Source: a virus
Length of the DNA stretch: 64,000 nt
Strand: one strand, 5' to 3'
Virus record (IMG/VR): IMGVR_UViG_3300045988_132745
Span: 42,131 to 106,130 of that record
Shown one piece after another: positions 27,217 to 38,299 of the stretch; position 1 is the first letter of the stretch; each line of letters begins with the position of its first letter. Below the pieces are notes generated by a model. It did no database searches and was not told the DNA's origin. It was given only the letters and a program-made list of their open reading frames with translations. The position numbers were made by a program, and so were the translations under genes.

Positions 27217-28278
27217 ATGGAAGAAATAATTCGTATTCTAACCCCTGCCCTCTCCGCTCGTATGCTCACCTCCGACCAGCGTGAAGCTTTCGAGCGTGGT
27301 CTTACTCTTCTCGAGCAGAATCCACGGGCAACGTCGTTCGTAAAGGAGAGCCGACGATTCCGCGACTACCATCGTCGTGTGCGTCAGCTCCTCACCTATC
27401 TGCAAACCATGCAGACCTCTCGCACGGAGATAAAGCGTCACGTCGGTCGCCCCACCCGTGAGGAACAGGCCCTCTATGCCGAGCAGCAGAAGGAGAAAGC
27501 TCTTGAGGAAGCGCGTCGCTCGCTCTTCCCTGACCTGCAGCCCGACCTCACCTTGCAGCCTCTCACCTACGGCGGCATCGTGGCCAACCCCAACGGCGAG
27601 ACCATTGCGTCCACCATGCCCAACCTCATGCAGCTCCGACCGTTCCTCTCCGAACGTCTGCAAGAGCAGGTCAACACAGTGCGCTCCTTGCGCAACGAGA
27701 TGGCAGCAAAGGCTGAGCAAGCCAAGACCATGGCCGAAGCCAACGAGAAGGCTGGCAGACCTATCTACACCGAAGAAGAGATTGCCCTTCTCGCCACCCG
27801 TGCCGTAAAGATAGAAAGCGAAATCCTGCCTCGTATCTACATCAACGTTGACCGCGAAATAGGCGAGGCATACCTTCGCCTATCACCGCGCACCGGCGAC
27901 CCCGAATACATCGTCCGAATAGAGAAAGCGTGCAACGTGCCACCACAGAACCTACGCGCTCAGTTCCGTCCCTTCTACGACAAGGCACTCTCCCGCGACC
28001 CTCTCTTCGCACAGTCGGTAGCCGACAAGATAGCCAACGACCGACCCGAGGTGAAAGCCGCCCGCGACGCAGCAGCCAAGCACAAAGCCGAAGCCGACGC
28101 TCTCATCAAATATATCATGCGTAAGGACAAGCCATCGACCAAAGCCCGCGTAAAAGGCCTTACCGACCGCATCGCCCAACTCCGCAAAGACTACGCCGAC
28201 ATAGTGACCGAAGACGAACTGAAGGGCTTCGAGGCAATATTGGAGAAAACCAAAAGTGAAGTTTCACCAAAGGCTTAG
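27217..28278 (+). CDS. hypothetical virion-module protein
   Basis: 353-aa ORF; helical, charged. Confidence 0.6.
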   Translation: MEEIIRILTPALSARMLTSDQREAFERGLTLLEQNPRATSFVKESRRFRDYHRRVRQLLTYLQTMQTSRTEIKRHVGRPTREEQALYAEQQKEKALEEARRSLFPDLQPDLTLQPLTYGGIVANPNGETIASTMPNLMQLRPFLSERLQEQVNTVRSLRNEMAAKAEQAKTMAEANEKAGRPIYTEEEIALLATRAVKIESEILPRIYINVDREIGEAYLRLSPRTGDPEYIVRIEKACNVPPQNLRAQFRPFYDKALSRDPLFAQSVADKIANDRPEVKAARDAAAKHKAEADALIKYIMRKDKPSTKARVKGLTDRIAQLRKDYADIVTEDELKGFEAILEKTKSEVSPKA

Positions 28279-28320
28279 AAAGACCTAAAAAAGGCTTAGT
28301 AAGGCCCAGTAAAGCTTATC
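28270..28320 (+). repeat. degenerate 9-mer tandem repeat (aaggcttag / taaggccca type)
   Basis: aaggcttagaaagacctaaaaaaggcttagtaaggcccagtaaagctt; second copy at 28990-29030. Confidence 0.6.
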
Positions 28321-28340
28321 ATCATCAAAAAGAAAATCCT

Positions 28341-28982
28341 ATGACTCCCTTCAATATTCTAAAATCCGCTTGCACCTCCGCTTGTCGTCTGACACCTGCT
28401 TGCGCGCCAAGCTACCGAGCCATGCTCAAGACAGAGAATATCAGTCAGATGATGGCTGTGTGGCGCGAGTATTGGGAAGACATCGCCGACGGCAAGTATG
28501 CCGACATCATCAACGACCGTCTGCCTGCCCTTTACCCCACCCTGCGCAAAGAAATGAATGCCGCCGGCATCTACGTCAACGAATGTCCGAAAACTGCCCC
28601 CGAATTTGTCTTTGTGCTCGTTACCGACTACGACTATATCGTTGACATCCACGACTACGCCCGATGTTACGTCTTAGGCAATGCCGTTGTTCGTGCTTGG
28701 GATCATAGTCAGGTATATAGTAGCCGTTGCGACGCAGCTTGCATCTCGCTCCACGACCATGCCTACGGCCATATTAGCAAAGGCTGGACGCAAGCCTTTA
28801 CCGCCGCCCGACTATGGACCGCCACCGATGCCGTATTGAACGGCAGCGTAACGTGCGAGGCTCACGGAGGTACCATCAAGGCCATCTCCTACCGCAAGCT
28901 CGAAGCCTACGGCGACACCAAGGTACATGCCGCATCAGAGCGTAACATCACGCTCTACGGCAACGCCCACATCATAGTTTAA
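28341..28982 (+). CDS. hypothetical protein
   Basis: 213-aa ORF. Confidence 0.55.
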   Translation: MTPFNILKSACTSACRLTPACAPSYRAMLKTENISQMMAVWREYWEDIADGKYADIINDRLPALYPTLRKEMNAAGIYVNECPKTAPEFVFVLVTDYDYIVDIHDYARCYVLGNAVVRAWDHSQVYSSRCDAACISLHDHAYGHISKGWTQAFTAARLWTATDAVLNGSVTCEAHGGTIKAISYRKLEAYGDTKVHAASERNITLYGNAHIIV

Positions 28983-28989
28983 TTTTTCC

Positions 28990-29030
28990 CAGGCTTAGAA
29001 AGGCCCAGTAAGGCCCAGCAAGGCTTATTA
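28990..29030 (+). repeat. degenerate 9-mer tandem repeat (second locus)
   Basis: caggcttagaaaggcccagtaaggcccagcaaggcttatta. Confidence 0.6.
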
Positions 29031-29045
29031 CAAATAACAACCAAC

Positions 29046-31883
29046 ATGAACAGCAAACTCACAATTCTTGCCGACGGCAAGCCGCTCGCCCTAAAGGAAG
29101 ACGCATCCATCAGCATAGAGTTGAGCAACCCATTGTTCAACGACACCGAGATGTTCTCCTATCCCGTGAAGCTGCCCATCGAAGGCAACCGACATTTCCT
29201 AAAGAACGTGGATGATGTCAGCAGCGACATCCGCCCCATGAGCTACGAGCACACTCCGATGCAAATCATTGCCGACGGTGTGCCCCTCGCATCGGGCCCA
29301 TCCATCATACAGGAAGACGAGCGACTGGAGGACTCCCTCTCACTTAACGTCGATGCAAGCGCACAATCATTCTCCGACCTTATTAGCGATCTAAAGTGCA
29401 ACGAAGTGCCTATACCGTCCAAATATAAGGACCAGCTCTTGATAGGCGAGAAGATAGATAAGGTGGATGTGAGCGTGACCTACAACACGAGCGTTGTCAT
29501 AAAATACGAAGGCAAGAAAGGCAATAAGAAGTATGGTTCGGTGGGTGAAGACAAAACCGAAGCATCTTTTTCTCCGCAAGCTCTCGGCTTCTCTTACCCG
29601 GCACAATGTGTGGAGGAAGGCAACAATCACGAAGCCAAGCTGAAGAAGACTTACACCTATCCGCGCGGCAACGAAGTTAAGGTGCCCGAAGTGCTGAAAT
29701 CATATATCAACGTAAGCGACCCTTATCCTCTGAAGCCATACTGCAATGCCCGTGTCTGCTATAAGCATTACGATATTGACGAAAAAGGAGAAACATCATC
29801 CGATGTAGTAAATTCTATCACCGGTCGTGATGGAGAGAACAACCTAAGCACACTGGAGCAGGAAATGTACGAAGACCGTGGTCCTGTATGGGTATTGGAT
29901 GCCGACCGCCCGCAGTCGGGCATCTGCTTCTATGTGCTGTTCTTCCTCGACTGTCTCTTTGAACATCTTGGCGTACAGTTCGACAATTCGGCTCTTACAG
30001 CCATCGGCGACTTGAACCGCTTATGCTTCTTCACCACAAAATGCGCCTACAACATCGAACCGCTTTATGCCAAGGAAACCTACAAGGAGAACGATAAAGA
30101 GGTTATTGCCGGACTGAAAAAAAAGGGCGACGTGAAGGTTGGCTTTTTCCAGAAACAAGCCAACAGCGAAAAGGACGTTGCTAATCTGTTCGATGATGTA
30201 AACGCATGGCTCAGTTCGCGCGGTTGTGGCGGCAAACTGAAACTTGAAAATCCGAAAGACAAGAGCGTTCAGGAGGTGAAGTATCGCAAGGTGACGTATA
30301 AGGTAGTAGAGAAGCCGTATGATGGTAGCTTCTACAACCAAGGCGTGTTTAAGGACACCGAGGTTGTGACGGTGGAAGATGATAGTTGGACCACCGTCAC
30401 TGTAGGCACCGATAAAGTGGCAAGCATCACTTGTAAGAGCACCATCAAGTCGGCACAGATGAGTGCAAGTATCTTCCGTATGTATGCCAATGAGCAGAAC
30501 TTCCCTGCTGAGTCGGTATCAGATGTTATCGACTCGCTTGAGCAGCAGTTCGGCATAAAGTTCCATTACGACTACGAGCAGAAGAAGGTAACTGCCTATC
30601 TTATCCGTGACGTGTTCCGCAAGCAGAATCCCGACCCTCGCACCTTCCATGCCGAAGTGCTGTCTATGGTGCCCATGACGGAGAAGATAACCGGTGTACG
30701 TGCCGGATATGCAGCCGAGAGTGAGGCGAAAGAGCAGAAAGACAACGTAAAGAATGCCGTTAAGGATTTCAATACCGATTACGACTATATCGAATACCCT
30801 AAAGACCACACCGTGACGAGTCTTACATATAAAGACATCATTCATCGTGTCAAGAATACTGAAATGAGCGTGTTCGTAGACCTTCAGACGGGCAACAAAT
30901 ATCGTGTAAAGATAGACAAGAATTTTACTGATGCAAGCAATATGGAACCTCGCTTGTTTGAGGTGGCAGCCATGAAGGGAGTGGAAGTAGGTGATTGTTC
31001 GACAATAAACGAAGACTTTATTCAGGAATTTAAGTCATCGTTCGTTCCCGTTGGTATGGTGGATGCCAACTATCGCAAAGCCCTATCGTCAAGCACGGGC
31101 AGCAAATGCGCCACTGACAACACAAAGCAACCTGCCGAGGTGGGCAAGCAATACAGCGGATATGAGTTTGGCGAGATAAACGGATCTTACGCCAAGACTC
31201 AGATGGCAGCTCTCATTGACGAGGATATGGAGCATGAGTTTGTGAAGCAGTACATCAAGAACACTATGTCGTCGATGGTGGCTGACTTTTACGTTACCGA
31301 AGAACTCTCGTTGCGTGAGAGCTACGATCCTTCTTCCACCGACGATGGCAACTCGCCCCTTCAGTCATACGACTGGGGCTTGTCGGTGGCTATCATGCGA
31401 GGTGGCGGCGTGGACTCAACACACGAAGCCTATGACTACAACTACGACGGGTTCGGCAACTCGAAGTGGCGCACAAAGGCTGGCGACTATGCTCTGACTA
31501 CAGACTCCATCGACCCCTACGGCGTAGAGTACGACTACAATGGCATTGAGCCGGGCAACGGTAACGAGGAGCGTTTCTCCCTGAAGCCTCGTGCTTGGGT
31601 GCAGCCCGAATGGGCAGATGCTCCGCTTGTGGTGAACACCCCGTCGGTCAAGAACCGTGGCTACGTAGACGTGTTCCTCGTCGATTACATCTACTTTCTC
31701 CTTCACCGCAAGAAGTATTACGTCAAGTGCCTCGCCTCCGTAGCTCAGATAGCCGATATTCAAAATCATTGGAAAGAGTGGTGGACCATCGACGGCAAGA
31801 AATGCCTTATCAACAAGGTAAATGCTGACGTATCGGCAAAGGAAGGAATGGGAGAAGTAGAGCTTGAAATTTATAGCATTTAA
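29046..31883 (+). CDS. large tail/baseplate structural protein
   Basis: 945-aa ORF at the head of the fibre gene run; called by size and position only. Confidence 0.55.
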   Translation: MNSKLTILADGKPLALKEDASISIELSNPLFNDTEMFSYPVKLPIEGNRHFLKNVDDVSSDIRPMSYEHTPMQIIADGVPLASGPSIIQEDERLEDSLSLNVDASAQSFSDLISDLKCNEVPIPSKYKDQLLIGEKIDKVDVSVTYNTSVVIKYEGKKGNKKYGSVGEDKTEASFSPQALGFSYPAQCVEEGNNHEAKLKKTYTYPRGNEVKVPEVLKSYINVSDPYPLKPYCNARVCYKHYDIDEKGETSSDVVNSITGRDGENNLSTLEQEMYEDRGPVWVLDADRPQSGICFYVLFFLDCLFEHLGVQFDNSALTAIGDLNRLCFFTTKCAYNIEPLYAKETYKENDKEVIAGLKKKGDVKVGFFQKQANSEKDVANLFDDVNAWLSSRGCGGKLKLENPKDKSVQEVKYRKVTYKVVEKPYDGSFYNQGVFKDTEVVTVEDDSWTTVTVGTDKVASITCKSTIKSAQMSASIFRMYANEQNFPAESVSDVIDSLEQQFGIKFHYDYEQKKVTAYLIRDVFRKQNPDPRTFHAEVLSMVPMTEKITGVRAGYAAESEAKEQKDNVKNAVKDFNTDYDYIEYPKDHTVTSLTYKDIIHRVKNTEMSVFVDLQTGNKYRVKIDKNFTDASNMEPRLFEVAAMKGVEVGDCSTINEDFIQEFKSSFVPVGMVDANYRKALSSSTGSKCATDNTKQPAEVGKQYSGYEFGEINGSYAKTQMAALIDEDMEHEFVKQYIKNTMSSMVADFYVTEELSLRESYDPSSTDDGNSPLQSYDWGLSVAIMRGGGVDSTHEAYDYNYDGFGNSKWRTKAGDYALTTDSIDPYGVEYDYNGIEPGNGNEERFSLKPRAWVQPEWADAPLVVNTPSVKNRGYVDVFLVDYIYFLLHRKKYYVKCLASVAQIADIQNHWKEWWTIDGKKCLINKVNADVSAKEGMGEVELEIYSI

Positions 31884-31912
31884 ATAATAACTACTAAATA
31901 ACAACTGAAGCA

Positions 31913-32959
31913 ATGGCAAGTTTACTTAGATTACATTCAGGTTCGGTATTTAATGGCAATCCTATTGTCTTCATCGTCTGGCCTATCGCACTTAAAGAAA
32001 CTCCTTCGTTTCATCGTATGATATTCGAGGTGAAGTGTGGCATGAGTGGCATGAGTGACGGCAAATACGAGACAATAAAGATGTCCGAGCCTATAAACAA
32101 CGAAAAAGGCAATCCAATAACTGTAGATATTTCGTCTGCCCTGCGCTCCTTCCGCGACTCCTATGAGTATTCGCCTGAGCCAGGTGTTATGCCAGTAGTG
32201 AAATTCAACGTTTCGGCATACGACGAGTATATGACTAATGGCGAACTGCATAAGTCGGAACCCGTGTCTTATCTCCCTGGCGAGGACGTGAAGCAAACCT
32301 TGTTCGGAGGATTCTCTGACTACGACCGACTTATGGCTACAAACGACACTATGCCCGTTAGCCGAATGACTCGCAAGCCTACCACCATACCACAGTTGGC
32401 GTGTGTAGGCGAAACCATCATCTACGTAGAGCCATACTCTCCTGCCGTTGACTTCACAACCGCCACATGGGAAGCTCCCGAAGCCAAAGCCTACAACATA
32501 ACGGCAGAAGGCGCACAGACCGTAGGCGGACAGCAGCTCTTTGCCCTGCCTGCTTCCGAGGCAGCACGTCGCACGGAGTTTCGCTTCATCAACTCGTTCG
32601 GTGTGCTTGAGAGCATCAGTATACCCAAGAGTTATGCACAGGAAGTAGACATCAAAGCCACCAACTACATCGTGACACGCAAGGAAACCTTGCACTCCTT
32701 CTCTCGGTCGGCAGTACGCAAGCAGGGCAACATGGAAGGTTGGAACTATATGACCGACCCGTTGGATGAAAAATGGCTCGCTTGGTATCTTCACGAATTG
32801 CTCATGTCCGAACACGTATGGCTGAAGATTAACGGCAAGTTCCTGCCATGTACCATCGAGTCGGAAGAGACCATAAAGTATGCCGACGACACCAAGGATG
32901 ATATATACAGCGTATCATTCACAGCACGACTCTGTTTCTGCGGCAGCACAAAGATATAA
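31913..32959 (+). CDS. tail-module structural protein
   Basis: 348-aa ORF between two giant tail genes. Confidence 0.5.
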   Translation: MASLLRLHSGSVFNGNPIVFIVWPIALKETPSFHRMIFEVKCGMSGMSDGKYETIKMSEPINNEKGNPITVDISSALRSFRDSYEYSPEPGVMPVVKFNVSAYDEYMTNGELHKSEPVSYLPGEDVKQTLFGGFSDYDRLMATNDTMPVSRMTRKPTTIPQLACVGETIIYVEPYSPAVDFTTATWEAPEAKAYNITAEGAQTVGGQQLFALPASEAARRTEFRFINSFGVLESISIPKSYAQEVDIKATNYIVTRKETLHSFSRSAVRKQGNMEGWNYMTDPLDEKWLAWYLHELLMSEHVWLKINGKFLPCTIESEETIKYADDTKDDIYSVSFTARLCFCGSTKI

Positions 32960-32988
32960 GTCTTTTAGTTTTCATCTCTATATTTCTT

Positions 32989-33025
32989 ACGACCTCAAGA
33001 GACACCATGCTCTTGGGGTCGTTTG
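32989..33025 (+). terminator. hairpin, possible terminator or attenuator
   Basis: acgacctcaagag / ctcttggggtcgt 13-bp stem (one G.U), weak T tract. Confidence 0.4.
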
Positions 33026-33092
33026 CGTTAGGGTATGTCCGCATCATGCTAACGTTTTTCCCTAAATTCGCAATAGAAAATCAACATAATAT

Positions 33093-36000
33093 ATGACACA
33101 AGCGACAACCAAAGACTATTGGATTTCGCCTTCGGCATTGCATATTGAACTAAATGCCCTTGGCTATCCCGACTATATCCAGGCATCGTGCGTAAGCGGT
33201 GCCCAGATACTTGTGTACGTCAAGGACATTATCGGCTTCGATGCCGGACACAACTACCGACGCTGGCCTTTGCAGGCTGCTGCAACGGTATTCAATACCC
33301 ACACCGAGAAATATGTTTATGTCGCCATTCCTCGCGATATGACGCTCACGGCTTCGGCATGGATAGTATTCCCGTCCGAACAGATAGACATCTACGGCAA
33401 GAATGAAAAAGAAGAGCAGATAGGCGACGAGAAGTTCTATTACATCTTTCTGCAAGGCATCATAACCTCTTCGGGCGATAACGGCACGGTGCAGCGCGAT
33501 TGGAAGAAAGGCGGCAGAATTGTATATGGCTACTTGTCCTCAGACGAAGCTATCAGCGCCATCCCCAATGAAAGCGAGTGGTATAACTATTCTTCGGTAG
33601 ATGGTATCGTGACCTTCCTCAAAGACATCACGATGAAGGCAGGCACCAAATTCCGCCAACTCTTCGCCAATGTGCTAACCATCGTGTCCGGAGGTAAAAT
33701 AGCCTTTGAGGGCCAAGGCGAGGTGAATGGAGTGGCCATTGATTCAACTTCACTTGACTCTGTAGATAAAATTGTTACTCCCAACTATCTTGACAATAAG
33801 GCTCTGTCTAAAGTACATGAAGATGTAGCAAAAAAGGTAATAACCTTCATGGAAGGACTGACGGTTGGAATGGACAAGAAAAAAGGTATTGATGCAAAAG
33901 GCAACGCTGTGTTGGGCGATGTGGTACTCGACCGTGTGCGCGACCCCCACTCTACCGAGGCGGACCGAACCATTATCGGTGCGCAGGGATTTGACCTGTA
34001 CATGGGTGAGGACGGCAAGAGCCACATGTACATTGACTACCTGACGACTCGTGTAAAGATGTTTGCGGCAAGTGCCGAGGTTAGGAAGGTGAGCTATTCG
34101 GGCGGTACAACTATCTTCTCGAACGCTGGTTCTACTATTATTAAGGTGGCTTACATATTCGACGCATCGGGCTCAAAGGTGATAGCGTACAAGTGCTATG
34201 CTGCTGCTGACGATGGTACAACAAGAACCATGAACTGGTGGCATGTGGGCATGATGGCTCTATGCCAGACGTTTAACGTGAAGGCAGGTGAGACAGAGAA
34301 TCTTGCCAATAGATATTATTGGCGCATGGTGGTTGGTGTTGGACAGGAGACATTGGAAGATGGAAAGCTGTACGACTATGTTATGTTGTCGAACATGGCT
34401 ACATTTGTTGGTGGCGACAATGTTATACCGTCGTATTGCTCGAAGCTGATAGCCAAGAAGAAGGTAGCCCTTAAATGGGGTAATATAGCCGTGATGGTGG
34501 CACAGCAAGACGGTATGATGAGTATAGCTCAGCTCTTTGCCGAGCAGGAAGGCGGACGTACACAAGACGATGACAAGAACGAGATTGCGAGTCGTGTATT
34601 CTACGGATATGACGAAGGAAGTGTGGCACCATTGGCGGGTGACGTGATTGTTAATGTGGGAGACCAAATACGTTGGAACTCACGCGGCAATGTTATCAAG
34701 CTGACAACATCGACTGAGGACAACAGTGCGGACACAGCGCCTTCTATCACTATGTACCACGGTATTGGCGCATTGTGGGAGACGGGCAAAGTGGATGCGG
34801 GCAAGCAGCCTGTGCGTAATCCGTACCAGTGGAAAACCGTGACATGTGTAATCTCGCCTGAGCTTACAATGTTCAATACGGAGAGATTCAAATGGTTCTC
34901 GGGTACACCCGATAATCTGATAGACCCTATCACAGTGATGTGGGAGATTGTGCCTACATCAAGCAGCATTGTGCGCCACGTGAGCAACCGCACAACTACG
35001 CCTACAGACATTACCTTTACATTGGTAAAGCATACGGGTAGTAAGGCGGAGACAATAGCTGCCGAGAATGTTGTGTTCAAGGCTACGATAGAGTATCAAA
35101 ATGGCAATAAGCTGAATAATGCTCCTTTCAAGAATTTGTCATCCCTTGCCAGTTTGTACGACATGAAGAGTGTGAAGGTTGACGCTTATCTGAAGGAGGA
35201 AATTAAGGGCACGGATGGACAGACGGAGATGAAGCAGACGCTTGTTAAGAGCACTAATGTGATTGTTACAAGCGACGGTAAGGAAGGTAGCAGCGGACGT
35301 GGCATAGTAAGCGTAAACACCTTCTATGCCTTGGGCGACAATATTACTACCTCGCCTGTAGATGCGGAATACAAATACGATACATTGTCGGCTGTTGTTA
35401 TAAAGAATAATGCCGACAAATACGTATGGAGTGCTGATAAGGTGACATACAGCAACAATACTACGGAGCTTACTGGCAAGTACTGTGTTGGCAAATGTGC
35501 TGACTTGACCAGCGTAACCGAGATGTGGGGTATATCTAATTCGGCAACTGTAAAGCCTACTGTGTGGTCGGACATCTATCCTGACGAGACAAAGCTGACA
35601 CCCGGTACGTACATTTGGAGCCGTGACGAGATAGTTTGGCTGGATGGTACAAAGACGTACAGCGAGGCTCAACTTGTCGGGTATGTAGGTAAGGATGGAG
35701 ATAAGGGAGAACCAGGAACCCCTGGCGACCCAGGTAAGCCTGGAGAACCAGGAGCCGATGGACAGGACGCTATACAAGTAGATTTTTTGCCTACAGCTCT
35801 AACGGTAGAAGCTAATAGCGATAGCAGCGGCAATGCCGTTGTAGATTGTTCGAGCGGTAATATCACAGCAGAGATATTGGTGAGAAGTGGCAGCAAGTCG
35901 GTAATGTCGGCATGCGACAAGATAGAGATTGCGAGTGTTGACGGATGTACAGCCGAGGTGGTAAGGACGGACGTGAACACAGCCAAGGTACGCATAAACT

Positions 36001-38267
36001 CTGTAAGCTACACGACCATTGACGGCAAGCGCATATCGTGGACTACGGCAAGCGTTACCGTGAGAGTACATTGTCTGCTGACGAATCTCTACTACTCGGC
36101 CACACTCGCTATAAACGTCAATGTGGCGGCATTGTGGGGAGAGTACAAGCGCGACATGAAGAGTATGGAGAGCAAGTACACCGAGATAAGCAATACCGTT
36201 AACGGAATACCTATCAAGACCGATACCGACCTGACTAAATACACCTCGAAGATAGAGCAGTCGGCAAGAAATATATCTCTTAAAGTTGGCGAGACCGTTG
36301 TGGGCAGACACAATCTGCTTACGGGCAGCGCATTCGAGAAGAAAACTGACTATTGGACAGGCAACGATGCGTATACGCCCTATATCTCGGTGCTTAACAA
36401 CTATAATGGCTACAACTCGGTTGTGATAGAGGGTAAGAGCGGAGGCAACCGTGGCGTAGATTTTATACGTGTTAAGGTGAAGGAGGCTCGCAAGTATGTT
36501 GTTAGCGCAATGCTCAAATGTAGTGGAGCGGTAAGCGAAGGAGACTTTAATGCGTACATCTTACAACGCGACGGTAGTATGGTCGAATTAAACAAGAACC
36601 TTTTCATACCGTTATCGGTGGCTAAGAACATGGTAGCTAACGAGTGGATGCTTGGAGTAGAGACCTTGACGCTTGATGCCAACACGGTGTTCATCGATTG
36701 TGTATTCCTCTATTACGGCACCAAGACAGCCTATATTGCTTGTCCGCAGATAGCCGAGGGTGAAGAATATGCAGGATATACGCTATCGGAACAAGACCGC
36801 GGCTATATTGGCGGCAACCTGCTAATCAATAGCGACACATTGGTTAAGCCAGAGACCTTGTCTATATACAACTCCGACCCTCTTGTAGTAGACGATACGC
36901 ACACAACCTTGCTGCAAAATGATGATGCAGACAAGTACGGCAGCTATGCTACACTGTATACTGACGCTACATCTGCCGAAATAGACACTATACGTTGGAA
37001 CCTGGATGGCATGAACATCATTAAGCAGGGGCAGATGTATATGTTGTCATTTGTCGCAAAGGGTACTGGAATGTATTATGCCTTCTTGTACAACGACGGT
37101 ACTTCTTCTATCGCTACCGAGGCGAGCGGATTCACAGCTGGCAATACGAGTTCGGGCGGCGGTGCAGCTATTGCATTATCATCGACATGGCAACGATATT
37201 TTGTGTTTTGGCGAGTTGTAGGCGACAAGTTGCCTATATACGTATTGTTCCGCGCCATGAAAGGTAGCAAGCTGTATCTCTCACAACCAAAATTGGAATA
37301 TGGTGCTACAGTAACTGAGTATCGTGCCGAGAAGACTGGCTACGTTGAAGACAAGTCGATAGCTGGCAGTCTGCTTGATGCGGGCATTGACATCAACAGC
37401 AAAGAAATAATGCTCACGGCAGACAAGACGACCTTCAGGACTACCAAAGGCACTAAGGTAGCTATGTTCGACGAGGACGGACTGAACGCTCAACTTGTGA
37501 GAGCACAGCGTCTACAAACCAAAGGTAAGAACGGATTAGAGGTAAGAATAGAGGATGGCATGGTGCAAATCTTCGGCGCAGCTGGTGTGGCTAATATCCG
37601 CTTCGGTCTTGACGATAATGGATATGCCACACTTGGCTATTACGACAACCACGGCAACCTGTTGTACGATCTTGGTCCGAAGGGCGTGGCATCGCTCAGC
37701 CTCTCAAAGGCATCGTTGACAAGAGCTATGTATATAGACCTTGTTGCCGCTGGACTTACAACTCCTTATTACAGCAAGAAGGATGGCTACAACTGGATAA
37801 GCGATGCCAATAACAACAAGGTATTTGGAGTGTTTGCCGTGGCTGACAGATACGTAAGAGACAACCTTGGTGTTAGTGAGGGCATAGAGTTGTACCAATA
37901 TCGCGCGCCTTCCATTAATGGAGAGATTGCTGCTGACAGCGTATACAATCTGACCAAGGCACAGGCAGAGAAGGCTAACGGTTGTTACTTCACAAGCAAT
38001 CAGATACAGGTTATTGGCGACAACTTCCTTAATATAGCCAAGGGCGCGTATCTGCCTTGGGACACCCAAACAGTGGATAACACTAAGTATAGACTACCAG
38101 GAGGTACGAAGGTGCCGAAACTGTTGGTTAGAATGTTTATAACGCAATCACTACTGGGAACAACGCCTGTAGTGAACTTTGAGACAGTGTATGGCGGAGG
38201 CGTATACACGTTTCCTGGAAACGGCACTGACTTGAATGCTGACTTGAATACATATGTAAGGAAATAG
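33093..38267 (+). CDS. giant tail fibre protein with collagen-like Gly-X-Y segment
   Basis: 1724 aa; GKDGDKGEPGTPGDPGKPGEPGADGQD at 35688-35768. Confidence 0.7.
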   Translation: MTQATTKDYWISPSALHIELNALGYPDYIQASCVSGAQILVYVKDIIGFDAGHNYRRWPLQAAATVFNTHTEKYVYVAIPRDMTLTASAWIVFPSEQIDIYGKNEKEEQIGDEKFYYIFLQGIITSSGDNGTVQRDWKKGGRIVYGYLSSDEAISAIPNESEWYNYSSVDGIVTFLKDITMKAGTKFRQLFANVLTIVSGGKIAFEGQGEVNGVAIDSTSLDSVDKIVTPNYLDNKALSKVHEDVAKKVITFMEGLTVGMDKKKGIDAKGNAVLGDVVLDRVRDPHSTEADRTIIGAQGFDLYMGEDGKSHMYIDYLTTRVKMFAASAEVRKVSYSGGTTIFSNAGSTIIKVAYIFDASGSKVIAYKCYAAADDGTTRTMNWWHVGMMALCQTFNVKAGETENLANRYYWRMVVGVGQETLEDGKLYDYVMLSNMATFVGGDNVIPSYCSKLIAKKKVALKWGNIAVMVAQQDGMMSIAQLFAEQEGGRTQDDDKNEIASRVFYGYDEGSVAPLAGDVIVNVGDQIRWNSRGNVIKLTTSTEDNSADTAPSITMYHGIGALWETGKVDAGKQPVRNPYQWKTVTCVISPELTMFNTERFKWFSGTPDNLIDPITVMWEIVPTSSSIVRHVSNRTTTPTDITFTLVKHTGSKAETIAAENVVFKATIEYQNGNKLNNAPFKNLSSLASLYDMKSVKVDAYLKEEIKGTDGQTEMKQTLVKSTNVIVTSDGKEGSSGRGIVSVNTFYALGDNITTSPVDAEYKYDTLSAVVIKNNADKYVWSADKVTYSNNTTELTGKYCVGKCADLTSVTEMWGISNSATVKPTVWSDIYPDETKLTPGTYIWSRDEIVWLDGTKTYSEAQLVGYVGKDGDKGEPGTPGDPGKPGEPGADGQDAIQVDFLPTALTVEANSDSSGNAVVDCSSGNITAEILVRSGSKSVMSACDKIEIASVDGCTAEVVRTDVNTAKVRINSVSYTTIDGKRISWTTASVTVRVHCLLTNLYYSATLAINVNVAALWGEYKRDMKSMESKYTEISNTVNGIPIKTDTDLTKYTSKIEQSARNISLKVGETVVGRHNLLTGSAFEKKTDYWTGNDAYTPYISVLNNYNGYNSVVIEGKSGGNRGVDFIRVKVKEARKYVVSAMLKCSGAVSEGDFNAYILQRDGSMVELNKNLFIPLSVAKNMVANEWMLGVETLTLDANTVFIDCVFLYYGTKTAYIACPQIAEGEEYAGYTLSEQDRGYIGGNLLINSDTLVKPETLSIYNSDPLVVDDTHTTLLQNDDADKYGSYATLYTDATSAEIDTIRWNLDGMNIIKQGQMYMLSFVAKGTGMYYAFLYNDGTSSIATEASGFTAGNTSSGGGAAIALSSTWQRYFVFWRVVGDKLPIYVLFRAMKGSKLYLSQPKLEYGATVTEYRAEKTGYVEDKSIAGSLLDAGIDINSKEIMLTADKTTFRTTKGTKVAMFDEDGLNAQLVRAQRLQTKGKNGLEVRIEDGMVQIFGAAGVANIRFGLDDNGYATLGYYDNHGNLLYDLGPKGVASLSLSKASLTRAMYIDLVAAGLTTPYYSKKDGYNWISDANNNKVFGVFAVADRYVRDNLGVSEGIELYQYRAPSINGEIAADSVYNLTKAQAEKANGCYFTSNQIQVIGDNFLNIAKGAYLPWDTQTVDNTKYRLPGGTKVPKLLVRMFITQSLLGTTPVVNFETVYGGGVYTFPGNGTDLNADLNTYVRK

Positions 38268-38299
38268 CACACAACAACATCTAAAAATTTAAAATAATT

